Shown here in pieces: positions 27,785-37,330 of a stretch of 64,000 bases of DNA. A program made the position numbers and the translations under genes. Position 1 is the stretch's first letter. Every line of letters begins with the position of its first letter. The notes under the pieces are model-generated. The model was not told the DNA's origin. It saw nothing but the letters and a program-made list of their open reading frames with translations, and did not search any database. Source of the stretch: Verrucomicrobiales bacterium (lineage in GTDB: Bacteria > Verrucomicrobiota > Verrucomicrobiia > Limisphaerales > Palsa-1400); the NCBI GenBank assembly GCA_003138485.1, contig PLGF01000135.1, positions 104,656-168,655 of the forward strand, written 5' to 3'.

Positions 27785-29257
27785 ATGAACGCATTGGCAC
27801 GAATTTATAAACCGGCCTTGATCGGGCTGGCCGCCCTTCTCTTTTGCGTTGCGGCGCAAATGCAGAATTGGATCAATCTGGACCGCTCTGAACTGGGTTT
27901 GACCCGGCTCACCCCGCTGGATAACGCCCCTCCCGCCCTGGCCTTCACCACCGTGGCGCTGGGCGGCTTCCGGGGCCTTATCGCCAACGCCTTGTGGATT
28001 CGCGCCAACCAAATGCAGGACGAGGACAAATACTTCGACATGGTGCAGTTGGCCGATTGGATCACCAAGCTGGAACCTCATTTCGTCGATGTCTGGCGCG
28101 TCCAGGCCTGGAACATGGCTTACAACATCTCCGTCAAGTTCAAGGACCCGGAGGACCGCTGGCATTGGGTCCAGCGTGGCATCAAGCTGCTGCGCGACGA
28201 CGCCATCCCCATCAATCCAGCCGAAACACTCCTCTATCGCGACCTTTCCTGGCTCTACCAGCACAAGGTGGGATTCTACCTGGACGACGCCCACATGCAC
28301 TACAAACTGCGGTTGGCGCAGGACATGCAGGATGTCCTGGGGGGGCATCCGAATATCCAGGCCCTCCTCCATCCGCAAACGCCGGACGAGCGCGAACGGG
28401 CGCGCAAAGTGCGCGACGTTTACAAAATGGACCCCCAACTCATCCAGAAAGTAGATGAGGAGTACGGGCCGCTGGATTGGCGCCTGCCCGACGCCCACGC
28501 CATTTATTGGGCGGAATTGGGCCGCATCAAAGCCAAGCCGTCGGACCAGGAAACGCTGCGGCGCTCCATCTATCAATGCATGCAGCAAGCTTGCGTGCGG
28601 GGTGGAGAACTGGGGCGGTCGGTGACCAATGTGACGCCGGAAAACTTCAGGCTGCGGCCCAATCTGGTGCTGGTGCCCAAAGTCAACGCGGCTTACGAGA
28701 GGAGCATCCAGGAGGAGCCCGCTGAGAACCAGAAGCAGAGTTTCAGGACCGCGCACAAGAATTTCCTCAAGGAGGCCCTCTTCCTGCTGTACGTGGACGA
28801 CCGCATGAAAGAGGCGACGCAGTGGTTCAATTATCTCAAGACCACCTACACCAACGCGTTTGCCGGGAAGCAGGAGAACATTTCCCTGGACGATTACGCC
28901 TTGGGCCAGATCGTCGAATTCTACGGCGAGAACGACCAGAACAACGTCACGGCCAGCATCCTGGGCATGTTCCGCCGGGCGTTTGTCGCGTACGTGATGG
29001 ACGAAGATGACCGGGGGCGGAATTACGAGAACATGGCTCGAAAGATTCACGAGCATTATTACGAGAAACTGCCCGACGTCGCCCGCGTGCGCATCGCGCT
29101 CAAGCCGCTCAGAGACCTCCGCCAGATTGTGCTCGACCAGGAATTGGACCCCGTCAACGGCATGCCGCCCCAAGCCCAGGCCATCCTGCGCACCAAACTC
29201 AATTTGCCCGCGCCAAAAGCGCCCCCCCCCGCGCCGGAAAACGGCTCGCGCGAATAG
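27785..29257 (+). CDS. conserved-looking membrane-anchored hypothetical protein
   Basis: N-terminal anchor LIGLAALLFCVAAQ. The balanced K/D/E/Y/W composition contrasts with the Arg/Gly/His-rich antisense ORF at 27761-29173. No family recognised. Confidence 0.6.
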   Translation: MNALARIYKPALIGLAALLFCVAAQMQNWINLDRSELGLTRLTPLDNAPPALAFTTVALGGFRGLIANALWIRANQMQDEDKYFDMVQLADWITKLEPHFVDVWRVQAWNMAYNISVKFKDPEDRWHWVQRGIKLLRDDAIPINPAETLLYRDLSWLYQHKVGFYLDDAHMHYKLRLAQDMQDVLGGHPNIQALLHPQTPDERERARKVRDVYKMDPQLIQKVDEEYGPLDWRLPDAHAIYWAELGRIKAKPSDQETLRRSIYQCMQQACVRGGELGRSVTNVTPENFRLRPNLVLVPKVNAAYERSIQEEPAENQKQSFRTAHKNFLKEALFLLYVDDRMKEATQWFNYLKTTYTNAFAGKQENISLDDYALGQIVEFYGENDQNNVTASILGMFRRAFVAYVMDEDDRGRNYENMARKIHEHYYEKLPDVARVRIALKPLRDLRQIVLDQELDPVNGMPPQAQAILRTKLNLPAPKAPPPAPENGSRE

Positions 29258-29358
29258 GCGCTCCGATAGCCCGAAAGGGTGGAAACAACGGAAGCCGCTG
29301 ACCTATATCGCTCGCGCCTCCACCCTGCTCGACGCCAGACAGGCTGTCTTGGGCTTTC

Positions 29359-29820
29359 TCAGATGACGTAATCCAGGACCGAATCGGGGGTCTGGGCCAG
29401 GCGGCGCGCGCGTTCGCACAAATCGGCCACGGTGACCCGTTCCATGACGTTCACCACGGCCTCGCGCACTTCCTTCATCACTTCCCGGATTGGACAGCGG
29501 GCTTCATCCGGGCAGGTGCAGCGTTCGTAAAAGCGGTCGCTGACGCAACTGACCGGGGCCAGGGCGCCTTCGACGTGGCGGACGACCGACGCGAGGGTGA
29601 TGTTTTGGGGCGGGCGCGCCAGGCGGTAGCCGCCCGCGGCGCCGCGGCGGCTCTCGACGGCTCCCAAGGCCTTCAAATCGTTGAGGATTTGCTCCAGGAA
29701 CTTCTTTGGTATGTTCTGCTGGCGCGATACGGCCTCAATGCTTGTGACGCCTTCGCCATATCTGAGGCCCAACACCAGCAAAGCCCGCAATGCATATTCT
29801 CCCCGCACGGATAACTTCAT
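29359..29820 (-). CDS. Rrf2-family transcriptional regulator (CymR/IscR-like)
   Basis: MKLSVRGEYALRALLVLG..., wHTH IPKKFLEQILNDLKALGAVESRRGAAGGYRL, and a Cys cluster CVSD...CTCPDEARC. Divergent from the sulfate operon. Confidence 0.85.
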   Translation of the reverse strand: MKLSVRGEYALRALLVLGLRYGEGVTSIEAVSRQQNIPKKFLEQILNDLKALGAVESRRGAAGGYRLARPPQNITLASVVRHVEGALAPVSCVSDRFYERCTCPDEARCPIREVMKEVREAVVNVMERVTVADLCERARRLAQTPDSVLDYVI

Positions 29821-29912
29821 TTCAGGAGATTCTATCATATCCAGGAAAGCGGTCAAGATTAACCGTTGATGCACAGGCAAATAGGCAAGCCAAAAAAAGT
29901 GGAAAATGTCCA

Positions 29913-29940
29913 TTGACATAGTATGGATGTTCTTTATGAT
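29913..29940 (+). promoter_or_regulatory. sigma-70-type promoter candidate
   Basis: TTGACA-16 nt-TATGAT, immediately upstream of the porin gene. Confidence 0.45.
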
Positions 29941-29948
29941 CGCCCGAT

Positions 29949-31373
29949 ATGACGACATCGATTGAACATTTCCGGCGGTTTATGCACGTCGGTCTTCGGC
30001 TGGTTGCTGCGTGCGTCGGAGCGCAAATGCTGACTCTGTGCGCGGCGGCGCAAGCGCCGGCGGACCAAGCGACCAACGAAATCGAGAGTTTGCGAAAGCA
30101 AATCCAGGCCTTGAGCCAGAAGATCGATGAACTCGAGCAGAAACAGGGGGCGGAGATGGAGAAGGTGACGGCGGCGCCGTTTATCACGGCAGGGGAGACG
30201 GGTTTCTCGATGAAATCAGCCAACTCAAATTTCATTTTGAACCTTGGAGGATTTGCGCAGGTGGATGCGCGCGACTACGAGTCGCCGGCGATTGGAGCCA
30301 AGGACACCTTTACAATCCGGCGCATGCGCGCGATCGCCAGCGGCACGGTCTATCATTATTTTGACTATTTCATGCAGGTCGATTTTGCCTCCGGCGTAAC
30401 GAGCACGGCGACGAACGATGCGTTTTTGCAGGATGCCTACGTGAATATCCATCCGATGAAGGCGATCCAGGTGCAGGCGGGCAAATTCAAGGAGCCGCTC
30501 AGCTTGGAGATTCTGCCGCTCGATCAGTTCCTGTGGTTCCTCGAACGGGGCTTCCCGACGGAATTGGCCCCGAACCGCGACGTGGGCGTGGAGGTCCACG
30601 GGGAGCTTTGGAACGGCGCGTTGTCTTACGCCGCCGGAGTGTTTAACGGCGTGCAGGATGGCAACGGCAACACCACAAGCGATGACGTGGAGGTTTCGGA
30701 CAACGACAAGGACGCGGTGGCGCGTTTCATCACGTTTCCCTTGCGCAATACGCAGATCGACGCGCTGAAGAACTTTGGCTTCGGTCTCGGCGGCAGTTAT
30801 GGGCTTCAGCCGGGGACGACGACGCCGACATTCGCCACGATGGGCCGCCAGACATTTTTCTCGTACTCCAACACGGTCGTTGAGGGTGGCCAGCACCTGC
30901 GCCTGGATCCGCAAGGTTGTTATTGGTGGGGTCCGTTGTGCTGCTATTGGGAGTACGCCATTTCGGACGAGAAGTTCGTCAACGCGAGCAAGAAGAGCGC
31001 GGCCTACCTCAAAAACACCGGCTGGGACATCGACGCCTCGTGGTTTCTGACCGGCGAAACGAACGCCTTCGGGGTGCTGCCGACGGTATCCAGCCCGTTC
31101 CACTTTGACGGTTCCGGGTGGGGAGCATTCCAACTGGCGGCGCGTTTTGGCCAGCTTTCGCTCGACCCAGCCGCCTTCCCAATCTACGCGGCGGCCGGCC
31201 AGCCCGACCGCGCGACTTCCTGGAGCGTGGCGCTGAATTGGTATCTCAATCACAACATCAAGTGTATTTTTGAATACTCACAAACCGGCTTCTCCGGCCC
31301 CGCCCTCGCCGCGAACAAAGTCGGTTCGCAGGACGAAAAGGCCCTGCTGGGACGGCTCCAGTTTGGATTTTGA
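29949..31373 (+). CDS. OprO/OprP-family anion-selective porin
   Basis: Signal peptide ...LCAAAQA, a coiled-coil stretch, Porin_O_P-like blocks FTIRRMRA...DYFMQVDFA...LQDAYVN...AGKFKEPLSLE, and the C-terminus ...GRLQFGF. The start may instead be the ATG at 29982. Confidence 0.8.
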   Translation: MTTSIEHFRRFMHVGLRLVAACVGAQMLTLCAAAQAPADQATNEIESLRKQIQALSQKIDELEQKQGAEMEKVTAAPFITAGETGFSMKSANSNFILNLGGFAQVDARDYESPAIGAKDTFTIRRMRAIASGTVYHYFDYFMQVDFASGVTSTATNDAFLQDAYVNIHPMKAIQVQAGKFKEPLSLEILPLDQFLWFLERGFPTELAPNRDVGVEVHGELWNGALSYAAGVFNGVQDGNGNTTSDDVEVSDNDKDAVARFITFPLRNTQIDALKNFGFGLGGSYGLQPGTTTPTFATMGRQTFFSYSNTVVEGGQHLRLDPQGCYWWGPLCCYWEYAISDEKFVNASKKSAAYLKNTGWDIDASWFLTGETNAFGVLPTVSSPFHFDGSGWGAFQLAARFGQLSLDPAAFPIYAAAGQPDRATSWSVALNWYLNHNIKCIFEYSQTGFSGPALAANKVGSQDEKALLGRLQFGF

Positions 31374-31385
31374 CGGGCCGATGGC

Positions 31386-32393
31386 ATGACGCGATTCTGC
31401 CGCATATTGTCTGTCTGTCTGGCGCTGGGGGCCGCGGCCCATTGCGCCGGGGGAACGATCTCCCTGCTCAACGTTTCCTACGATCCCACGCGGGAGTTTT
31501 ACAGCGAGGTCAACGCTGCTTTCAGCAAGGAGTGGAAGGCCAGGACGGGTGACGACCTCAAGATAGGCATTTCCAACGGCGGTTCCGCCAAGCAGGCGCG
31601 GGACGTCATCGCGGGTTCCGAAGCCGACGTCGTCACGCTCGCGCTGGCATGGGACATTGACGCGCTGCATGAGCACGGGCAATTACTGCCCGCCGACTGG
31701 CAGCAACGGCTGCCGAACAACAGTTGCCCCTACACTTCCACGATCGTCTTTCTGACGCGCCACGACGGGAAAATCAAAGTCAAGGACTGGGAGGATCTCA
31801 TTCGTCCGGGGATCAGCGTCGTCGCTCCAAACCCCAAGACCTCCGGCGGCGCGCGCTGGATTTATCTGGCCGCCTATGGCGACGCGCTGAAGAAAAACCA
31901 CGGCGATGCCGCCGCGGCGCGGCGATTTGTCGAGCAGCTCTACCACAACATTCCCGTGATGGATGAAGGAGCGCGAGGCTCGGTCACCACCTTCACCCAG
32001 CGTGAAATCGGCGACGTCCTGATCAGTTGGGAAAACGAGGCGTGGCTGGTGATGGAGAAGATCGGGCGCGGGCGTTTCGACATTATCTATCCTCCCCGGA
32101 GCATTCTGGCGGAACCCCCTGTGGCGGTCGTGGACAAATATGCCAAGGCGCACGGCACCGAAGCGGTGGCGGAGGCGTATTTGCGCTTCCTTTACACCCC
32201 GGCGGGCCAGGAACTGGCGGCGAAACACCATTTCCGCCCGGAACTCGACGCGGTGGCGCGGCAGCACGCGGCGGACTTCCCGCCGATGGAATTGTTTACG
32301 TTGCGCGAAGTCTTTGGGAGTTGGAAGGAGGCGCAGAAAATCCACTTCGATGAGGGAGGCATCTTTGACCAGATCTCGCGCAGCCGGCGTTGA
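31386..32393 (+). CDS. sbp: sulfate/thiosulfate ABC transporter substrate-binding protein
   Basis: Near-colinear with E. coli Sbp: LLNVSYDPTREFY, GGSAKQARDVIAGSEADVVTLALAWDIDAL, PNPKTSGGARW, SWENEA. Confidence 0.9.
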   Translation: MTRFCRILSVCLALGAAAHCAGGTISLLNVSYDPTREFYSEVNAAFSKEWKARTGDDLKIGISNGGSAKQARDVIAGSEADVVTLALAWDIDALHEHGQLLPADWQQRLPNNSCPYTSTIVFLTRHDGKIKVKDWEDLIRPGISVVAPNPKTSGGARWIYLAAYGDALKKNHGDAAAARRFVEQLYHNIPVMDEGARGSVTTFTQREIGDVLISWENEAWLVMEKIGRGRFDIIYPPRSILAEPPVAVVDKYAKAHGTEAVAEAYLRFLYTPAGQELAAKHHFRPELDAVARQHAADFPPMELFTLREVFGSWKEAQKIHFDEGGIFDQISRSRR

Positions 32394-33216
32394 GAGCGCC
32401 GCGCCGTCCAATCCGCTGCCCGGCTTTCGGCTGACGCTGGGGTTCACAATTTTCTATTTGACGATTGTGGTGCTGGCGCCCATCGCGGCGCTGGCCCTCA
32501 AAGCGTTGCGCCTTCCATGGTCCCAGCTTTGGGAGCTGGCCACCAACCAGCGCGCCCTGGCCGCCTACGCACTGAGTTTGGGCGCCTCCCTGGCGGCGGC
32601 GCTGGTGAACGCTTTGTTTGGCAGCCTGCTGGCCTGGGTGCTGGTGCGCTACCGGTTTCCCGGCCGGCGGCTGCTGGATGGGTTGATTGATTTTCCCTTT
32701 GCCCTGCCCACGGCGGTGGCGGGGTTGACGCTGGCGGATTTGTTCTCCAGCCACGGCTGGCTGGGGCAGTTCCTGACGCCGCTGGGGATCAAAGGCGCCT
32801 ACACCCGCCTGGGCGTGGTGATCGCGCTGACGTTTGTCGGCCTGCCTTTCTCGGTGCGCACGCTTCAGCCGGTGCTGGAATCGCTCGATACCGGGGTCGA
32901 GGAAGCAGCCGCCTGCCTTGGGGCGAGCCGGTTCCGGACGTTTGCCAGCGTGATTGCGCCCACCTTGCTCCCTGCCATTCTTACCGGCTTTGGCCTTTCC
33001 TTCGCGCGGGCGCTCGGTGAATACGGGTCCATTGTCTTTATTTCGGGCAACTTGCCGAAGACCGAAATCGCCCCCACCCTGATCGTCATGCGCCTGGATC
33101 AATACGATTACACCGGCGCCATTGCCGTGGCCCTGGTCCTGATGATCTTTTCCTTCGGCCTCCTTCTGACTCTCAACATGCTGCAAGGCTGGGCGGCCAA
33201 ATTCCAGGAACCATGA
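32350..33216 (+). CDS. cysT: sulfate ABC transporter permease
   Basis: Six-TM ABC permease immediately after sbp. The EAA-like loop is EEAAACLGASRFRTF. The start is uncertain; the ATG at 32350 overlaps the sbp 3' end. Confidence 0.8.
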   Translation: MREASLTRSRAAGVESAAPSNPLPGFRLTLGFTIFYLTIVVLAPIAALALKALRLPWSQLWELATNQRALAAYALSLGASLAAALVNALFGSLLAWVLVRYRFPGRRLLDGLIDFPFALPTAVAGLTLADLFSSHGWLGQFLTPLGIKGAYTRLGVVIALTFVGLPFSVRTLQPVLESLDTGVEEAAACLGASRFRTFASVIAPTLLPAILTGFGLSFARALGEYGSIVFISGNLPKTEIAPTLIVMRLDQYDYTGAIAVALVLMIFSFGLLLTLNMLQGWAAKFQEP

Positions 33217-34073
33217 ATCCAGCCTCTGTCCCACATTCGCCCCTCCGCGCGGCTCCCGTTCCGCTGCCGGAGCAGCCGCTGGCCAAATGGCTCCTGATCG
33301 CCGTGGCCGTACTGTTTTCCGCCGTCTTCCTTCTCCTGCCTTTGGTCAACGTTTTCTACCAGGCCTTCTCCTCAGGCTGGGCGCTGTACTGGAAGGCCCT
33401 CTCGGAACCGGACACCGGTTCCGCGATTCGTTTGACTCTTCTGGTCGCGGGCATCAGCGTGCCTTTGAACGCCGCCTTCGGTCTGGCCGCCTCCTGGGCG
33501 ATTGCCAAGTTCGATTTTCGCGGCAAAACGCTTCTGCTCACCTTGCTGGACCTGCCCTTTTCCATTTCGCCCGTTGTCGCCGGGTTGCTTTTTGTTTTGC
33601 TTTTCGGCGCAGGCGGGCTGATGGCTCCCTGGCTGGAGGCGCATCACCTGAAAATCATCTTCGCGATCCCGGGCATGGTCCTGGCCACCATCTTCGTCAC
33701 CTTCCCCTACGTCGCCCGCGAGTTGATCCCCGTGATGCAGACCCAGGGACGCGAGCAGGAGGAAGCCGCTCTGACCTTGGGCGCCGGGGGATGGAGGACG
33801 TTCTGGCACGTCACGCTCCCGTCAATCAAATGGGGGCTCTTCTACGGGATCGTTCTCTGCAACGCCCGCGCGATGGGCGAATTCGGCGCGGTCTTCGTGG
33901 TTTCCGGGCACATCGCCGGGCAGACTGACACCTTGCCGTTGCGGGTGGAGAAGCTCTATTATGAATTCGATCCGGCGGCGCCCTTTGCGGTGGCAACCCT
34001 GCTGGCCTTGCTCGCCGTGGCCACGGTCGTCCTGAAAGCTTTTCTCGAATGGAAAAGCCGGCGCGAAACGTAG
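33213..34073 (+). CDS. cysW: sulfate ABC transporter permease
   Basis: Second permease, with a 4-nt overlap on cysT. The EAA loop is QEEAALTLGAGGWRTFWHVTLP. Confidence 0.85.
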   Translation: MNPASVPHSPLRAAPVPLPEQPLAKWLLIAVAVLFSAVFLLLPLVNVFYQAFSSGWALYWKALSEPDTGSAIRLTLLVAGISVPLNAAFGLAASWAIAKFDFRGKTLLLTLLDLPFSISPVVAGLLFVLLFGAGGLMAPWLEAHHLKIIFAIPGMVLATIFVTFPYVARELIPVMQTQGREQEEAALTLGAGGWRTFWHVTLPSIKWGLFYGIVLCNARAMGEFGAVFVVSGHIAGQTDTLPLRVEKLYYEFDPAAPFAVATLLALLAVATVVLKAFLEWKSRRET

Positions 34074-34109
34074 TAGCATCGCCGCCATGGCAGAATCCCA
34101 GCGCGCACT

Positions 34110-35213
34110 TTGAGCATCGAATTAAAGAACGTCACCAAGCGTTACGGCCAGGTGACCGCGGTTGAAGACATCAGCTTCGCGGTCACCGAAGGCGAACTGC
34201 TCGCCTTGCTGGGCCCCAGCGGCAGCGGCAAAACCACCGTCCTGCGTCTCATCGCCGGCTTGGAAACTCCCGCCAGCGGCGGCATCTTCATCCGCGGCCT
34301 CCAAGTCAACGGCGTCCCTGTCCAGAAGCGCAACATCGGCTTCATCTTCCAGAACTACGCCTTGTTCAAGAATATGACCGCCTTTGACAACATCGCCTTC
34401 GGCCTCAAGATCAAACATTGGGGCCGCCAGCGGGTCGTCGAGCGCGTCGGCGAACTGGCTGCCTTGCTCGAATTGGAGTCCCTCCTGCAACGTTTCCCTC
34501 ATCAATTGTCCGGGGGCCAGCGCCAGCGCATCGCCATCGCGCGCGCCCTGGCCCCGGGGCCCGATGTCCTCCTCCTGGACGAGCCGTTCGCGGCTGTCGA
34601 TGCCCAGATTCGCCAGGAACTCCGCCAATGGCTCGTCCGCCTCCATCAAGACCTCAAAGTCACCGCCATCTTCGTCACCCACGACCAGGAAGAGGCGATG
34701 GAAGTCGCCGACCGAATTGTCGTCTTCTCCAAGGGGCGCCTCGAGCAGATCGGCACCCCGCGGGAAGTCTATGAAACGCCCCGCAACGAGTTCGTCGCCC
34801 GCTTCGTGGGAGTCATGAATGTCCTGGAATTGGAGGTTCGCGCCAGCGTGGCCCGCTGTCAAGAACTGGAATTCCCCGCCCACGGCCTCGCCGACGGCCA
34901 GAAATTGCGCATCGGCTTCCGCCCTTACGCCGTGCAGGTTTCCGGCGACCCGGCCGCCTTGCGCTACCCGGCCGTTCTGCGCCGCACCTATTTCCTGGGC
35001 ATCATGCTTCGACTGGAAATCGAAACGCCCGGCGGCCTGGTCATCCGTTCCCGCATGAGCAAGGAGGACTACTCCCGCCTCGACCTTGCCGATGGACGCC
35101 CCATTTCATTCCAAATCCGCGCCTATCGCGTCCTCTCAAAGGAAGGCGATCCCCTCGCCAATGAAGTCGCCGCCACACACCAAATGCCCCCCTCTTTGGG
35201 CGAGGGCATTTGA
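34110..35213 (+). CDS. cysA: sulfate ABC transporter ATP-binding protein
   Basis: GPSGSGKTT, LSGGQRQRIAIARAL, LLLDEPF, and a C-terminal TOBE-like domain. TTG start. Confidence 0.85.
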   Translation: MSIELKNVTKRYGQVTAVEDISFAVTEGELLALLGPSGSGKTTVLRLIAGLETPASGGIFIRGLQVNGVPVQKRNIGFIFQNYALFKNMTAFDNIAFGLKIKHWGRQRVVERVGELAALLELESLLQRFPHQLSGGQRQRIAIARALAPGPDVLLLDEPFAAVDAQIRQELRQWLVRLHQDLKVTAIFVTHDQEEAMEVADRIVVFSKGRLEQIGTPREVYETPRNEFVARFVGVMNVLELEVRASVARCQELEFPAHGLADGQKLRIGFRPYAVQVSGDPAALRYPAVLRRTYFLGIMLRLEIETPGGLVIRSRMSKEDYSRLDLADGRPISFQIRAYRVLSKEGDPLANEVAATHQMPPSLGEGI

Positions 35214-35228
35214 CCCTTCGCTCCCGGC

Positions 35229-36500
35229 CTATTTGCGCGGCGGCAATTTCTGCGCGATCGTTTTTCGCTCGAGAACCGCGAATTTCGGCAGGCCATCCAG
35301 CGTTGGCACCTTGACTTCCCCTTCGATCAACGGCCGCGCATAGCGCACGAACTTCTCGTTCGGCATGAACCCGTCCGCGCTGATCCAATCCCGCGGCACA
35401 AGATGCTCCACGTTGGCAATGTCGCTCAACGGCTGCAACCCGGTCGTCCAGCGGTACTCCGCCCCGGCGTTGCGCACCAGCTTCACCATGAACCCGCTCT
35501 TGCCTTCGACTGCCGCCCTCACCGCCGCCCGCCCGCAAGCCCCCGCCTCCACCGAATCTGTCGCGCTGGCGTAATGCGCCGCGCAACGTTGAGCGTAACC
35601 CAGCTTCACCGACCGCGTCTTGGTGTTCAACTTCCCATAAACCAACTCCGCCAGCCGTTCCGCCGCCCCGGACAACACCGGATGCCCAAAAGCGTCCAAA
35701 CGCGACTTGTCCGCGCTGTACTCCGTCCCATCCGCATTCTTCAACCCCTCCCCCACCACCACGATGCAATAGCGGTGTTCGGCGACGGTGGCCTTGACCT
35801 TGGCCAGGAACGCCGCTTCATTAAAAGGAATCTCCGGCAGCAGAATGATGTGCGGCGGGTCTTTGGGCGTCCGTTGCGCCAGCACCGCGCTCGCGGCTAT
35901 CCATCCCGCGCTCCGGCCCATCACCTCGATAATGCAGCACGACCCGTCGTCCGTCGCCATGCTGCTCACATCCGCCGCAACCTCCATCACCGTGCAGGCG
36001 TTGTACTTCGCCACCGAGCCGAAACCCGGACAATGATCGGTGTGCGGCAAATCGTTATCAATGGTCTTGGGCACCCCGATCACGCGCATCTCGTAGCCGC
36101 GCTTGATCGCCTCCCCATGAAGCTTGTCCGCCGTGTCCTGCGAATCATTCCCGCCCGCGTAAAAGAAATAGCGGATTTCGTGCGCCTGGAAAACCTGGAA
36201 CAGCCGGTCCATATCGCGCGCCGCCTTCTCAGGTTTCTTCTTGAAATCGATCTTATACCGGCAAGTGCCCAGCGCCGCCGCAGGCGTGAATTTAAGGTCC
36301 TCGATCGTTTCCGGGCGTTCCGCGCCGAGATCAATCAACTGCTCATTGAGAATGCCCAGGATGCCGTTGAGGCCTCCATAGATTTTCCCAATACAACGGT
36401 GCCTGGCTGCCTCCTGGACGACCCCCGCGACACTTGCGTTAATCACCGCGGTAGGCCCTCCAGACTGCGCCACCAACAAATTTCCAACCATTTCAGCCAT
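35229..36500 (-). CDS. 6-phosphofructokinase family, probably PPi-dependent
   Basis: AQSGGPTAVINAS, GGNDS (Asp in the position that is Gly in ATP-PFKs), EVMGRSAGWIA. Confidence 0.8.
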   Translation of the reverse strand: MAEMVGNLLVAQSGGPTAVINASVAGVVQEAARHRCIGKIYGGLNGILGILNEQLIDLGAERPETIEDLKFTPAAALGTCRYKIDFKKKPEKAARDMDRLFQVFQAHEIRYFFYAGGNDSQDTADKLHGEAIKRGYEMRVIGVPKTIDNDLPHTDHCPGFGSVAKYNACTVMEVAADVSSMATDDGSCCIIEVMGRSAGWIAASAVLAQRTPKDPPHIILLPEIPFNEAAFLAKVKATVAEHRYCIVVVGEGLKNADGTEYSADKSRLDAFGHPVLSGAAERLAELVYGKLNTKTRSVKLGYAQRCAAHYASATDSVEAGACGRAAVRAAVEGKSGFMVKLVRNAGAEYRWTTGLQPLSDIANVEHLVPRDWISADGFMPNEKFVRYARPLIEGEVKVPTLDGLPKFAVLERKTIAQKLPPRK

Positions 36501-36712
36501 ACGTAATCACAATACCTAATCATCTCCCGCACCCGCGTAAAGGAAAAATTCACCCCGCGCCCGGCGGGAGGGCGTGTTCCGGCTCCCCTCAGGTCTTGAA
36601 TCCGTGGTTTGAGCGGAACGCCGCGTTCATTGGAATTGATTGGTTCCGTTCTTGCCAATCTGTTATTGTTCAATCCAAGACAAAGCGGTGTGCGACAAGC
36701 TATTGGAGGAAT

Positions 36713-37270
36713 ATGAGTGAAATCACCCTGGTGTTGCAGGCCATCGGGCGCGGCGAGAGCAAGGCCTCCGAGGATTTATTGCCGTTGGTGTACGATGCGT
36801 TGCGGCGGCTGGCGGGGGCGCGAATGGCGCACGAGGCTGCCGGACAAACGTTGCAGCCGACGGCGCTGGTGCATGAGGCTTGGCTGCAACTGGTCAGCGC
36901 AGGCGAGCGGTCATGGCAGAACCGGGCGCATTTTTTTGGCGCTGCGGCGGACGCGATGCGGCGCATCCTCATCGACAAGGCGCGACGGAAGTCGCGACTG
37001 AAACGCGGCGCGGGCCAGGCACGGCTGGACATTGACGATTTGGAATTGGCGCAGACAACGCCCGATGACAACGTCCTGCTCATCAACGAAGCGCTGGAGA
37101 AACTCGAGCGGGAAGATCCAGAGCAGGCGCGCGTCGTGGTGCTCAAATTCTTCGGCGGATTGAACAATCAGGAGGTGGCGGAGAACATGGGCCTCAGCCT
37201 GCGCACGGTGGAACGCCAGTGGGCCTGCGCCAAGGGGCGGCTGTTCCGCTGGGTCCGCGCTCAACATTGA
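36713..37270 (+). CDS. ECF sigma factor (Sigma70_ECF / TIGR02999-like, kinase-associated type)
   Basis: DLLPLVYDALRRLAGARM...LQPTALVHEAWLQL...HFFGAAADAMRRILIDKAR...RVVVLKFFGGL. A GGAGGA RBS lies 3 nt upstream. Confidence 0.85.
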   Translation: MSEITLVLQAIGRGESKASEDLLPLVYDALRRLAGARMAHEAAGQTLQPTALVHEAWLQLVSAGERSWQNRAHFFGAAADAMRRILIDKARRKSRLKRGAGQARLDIDDLELAQTTPDDNVLLINEALEKLEREDPEQARVVVLKFFGGLNNQEVAENMGLSLRTVERQWACAKGRLFRWVRAQH

Positions 37271-37330
37271 ACGGCATTTTCATGGCGGACGAACCACCGC
37301 CCTGGCGCGTAATTTAGTGGATCAAAGAAG

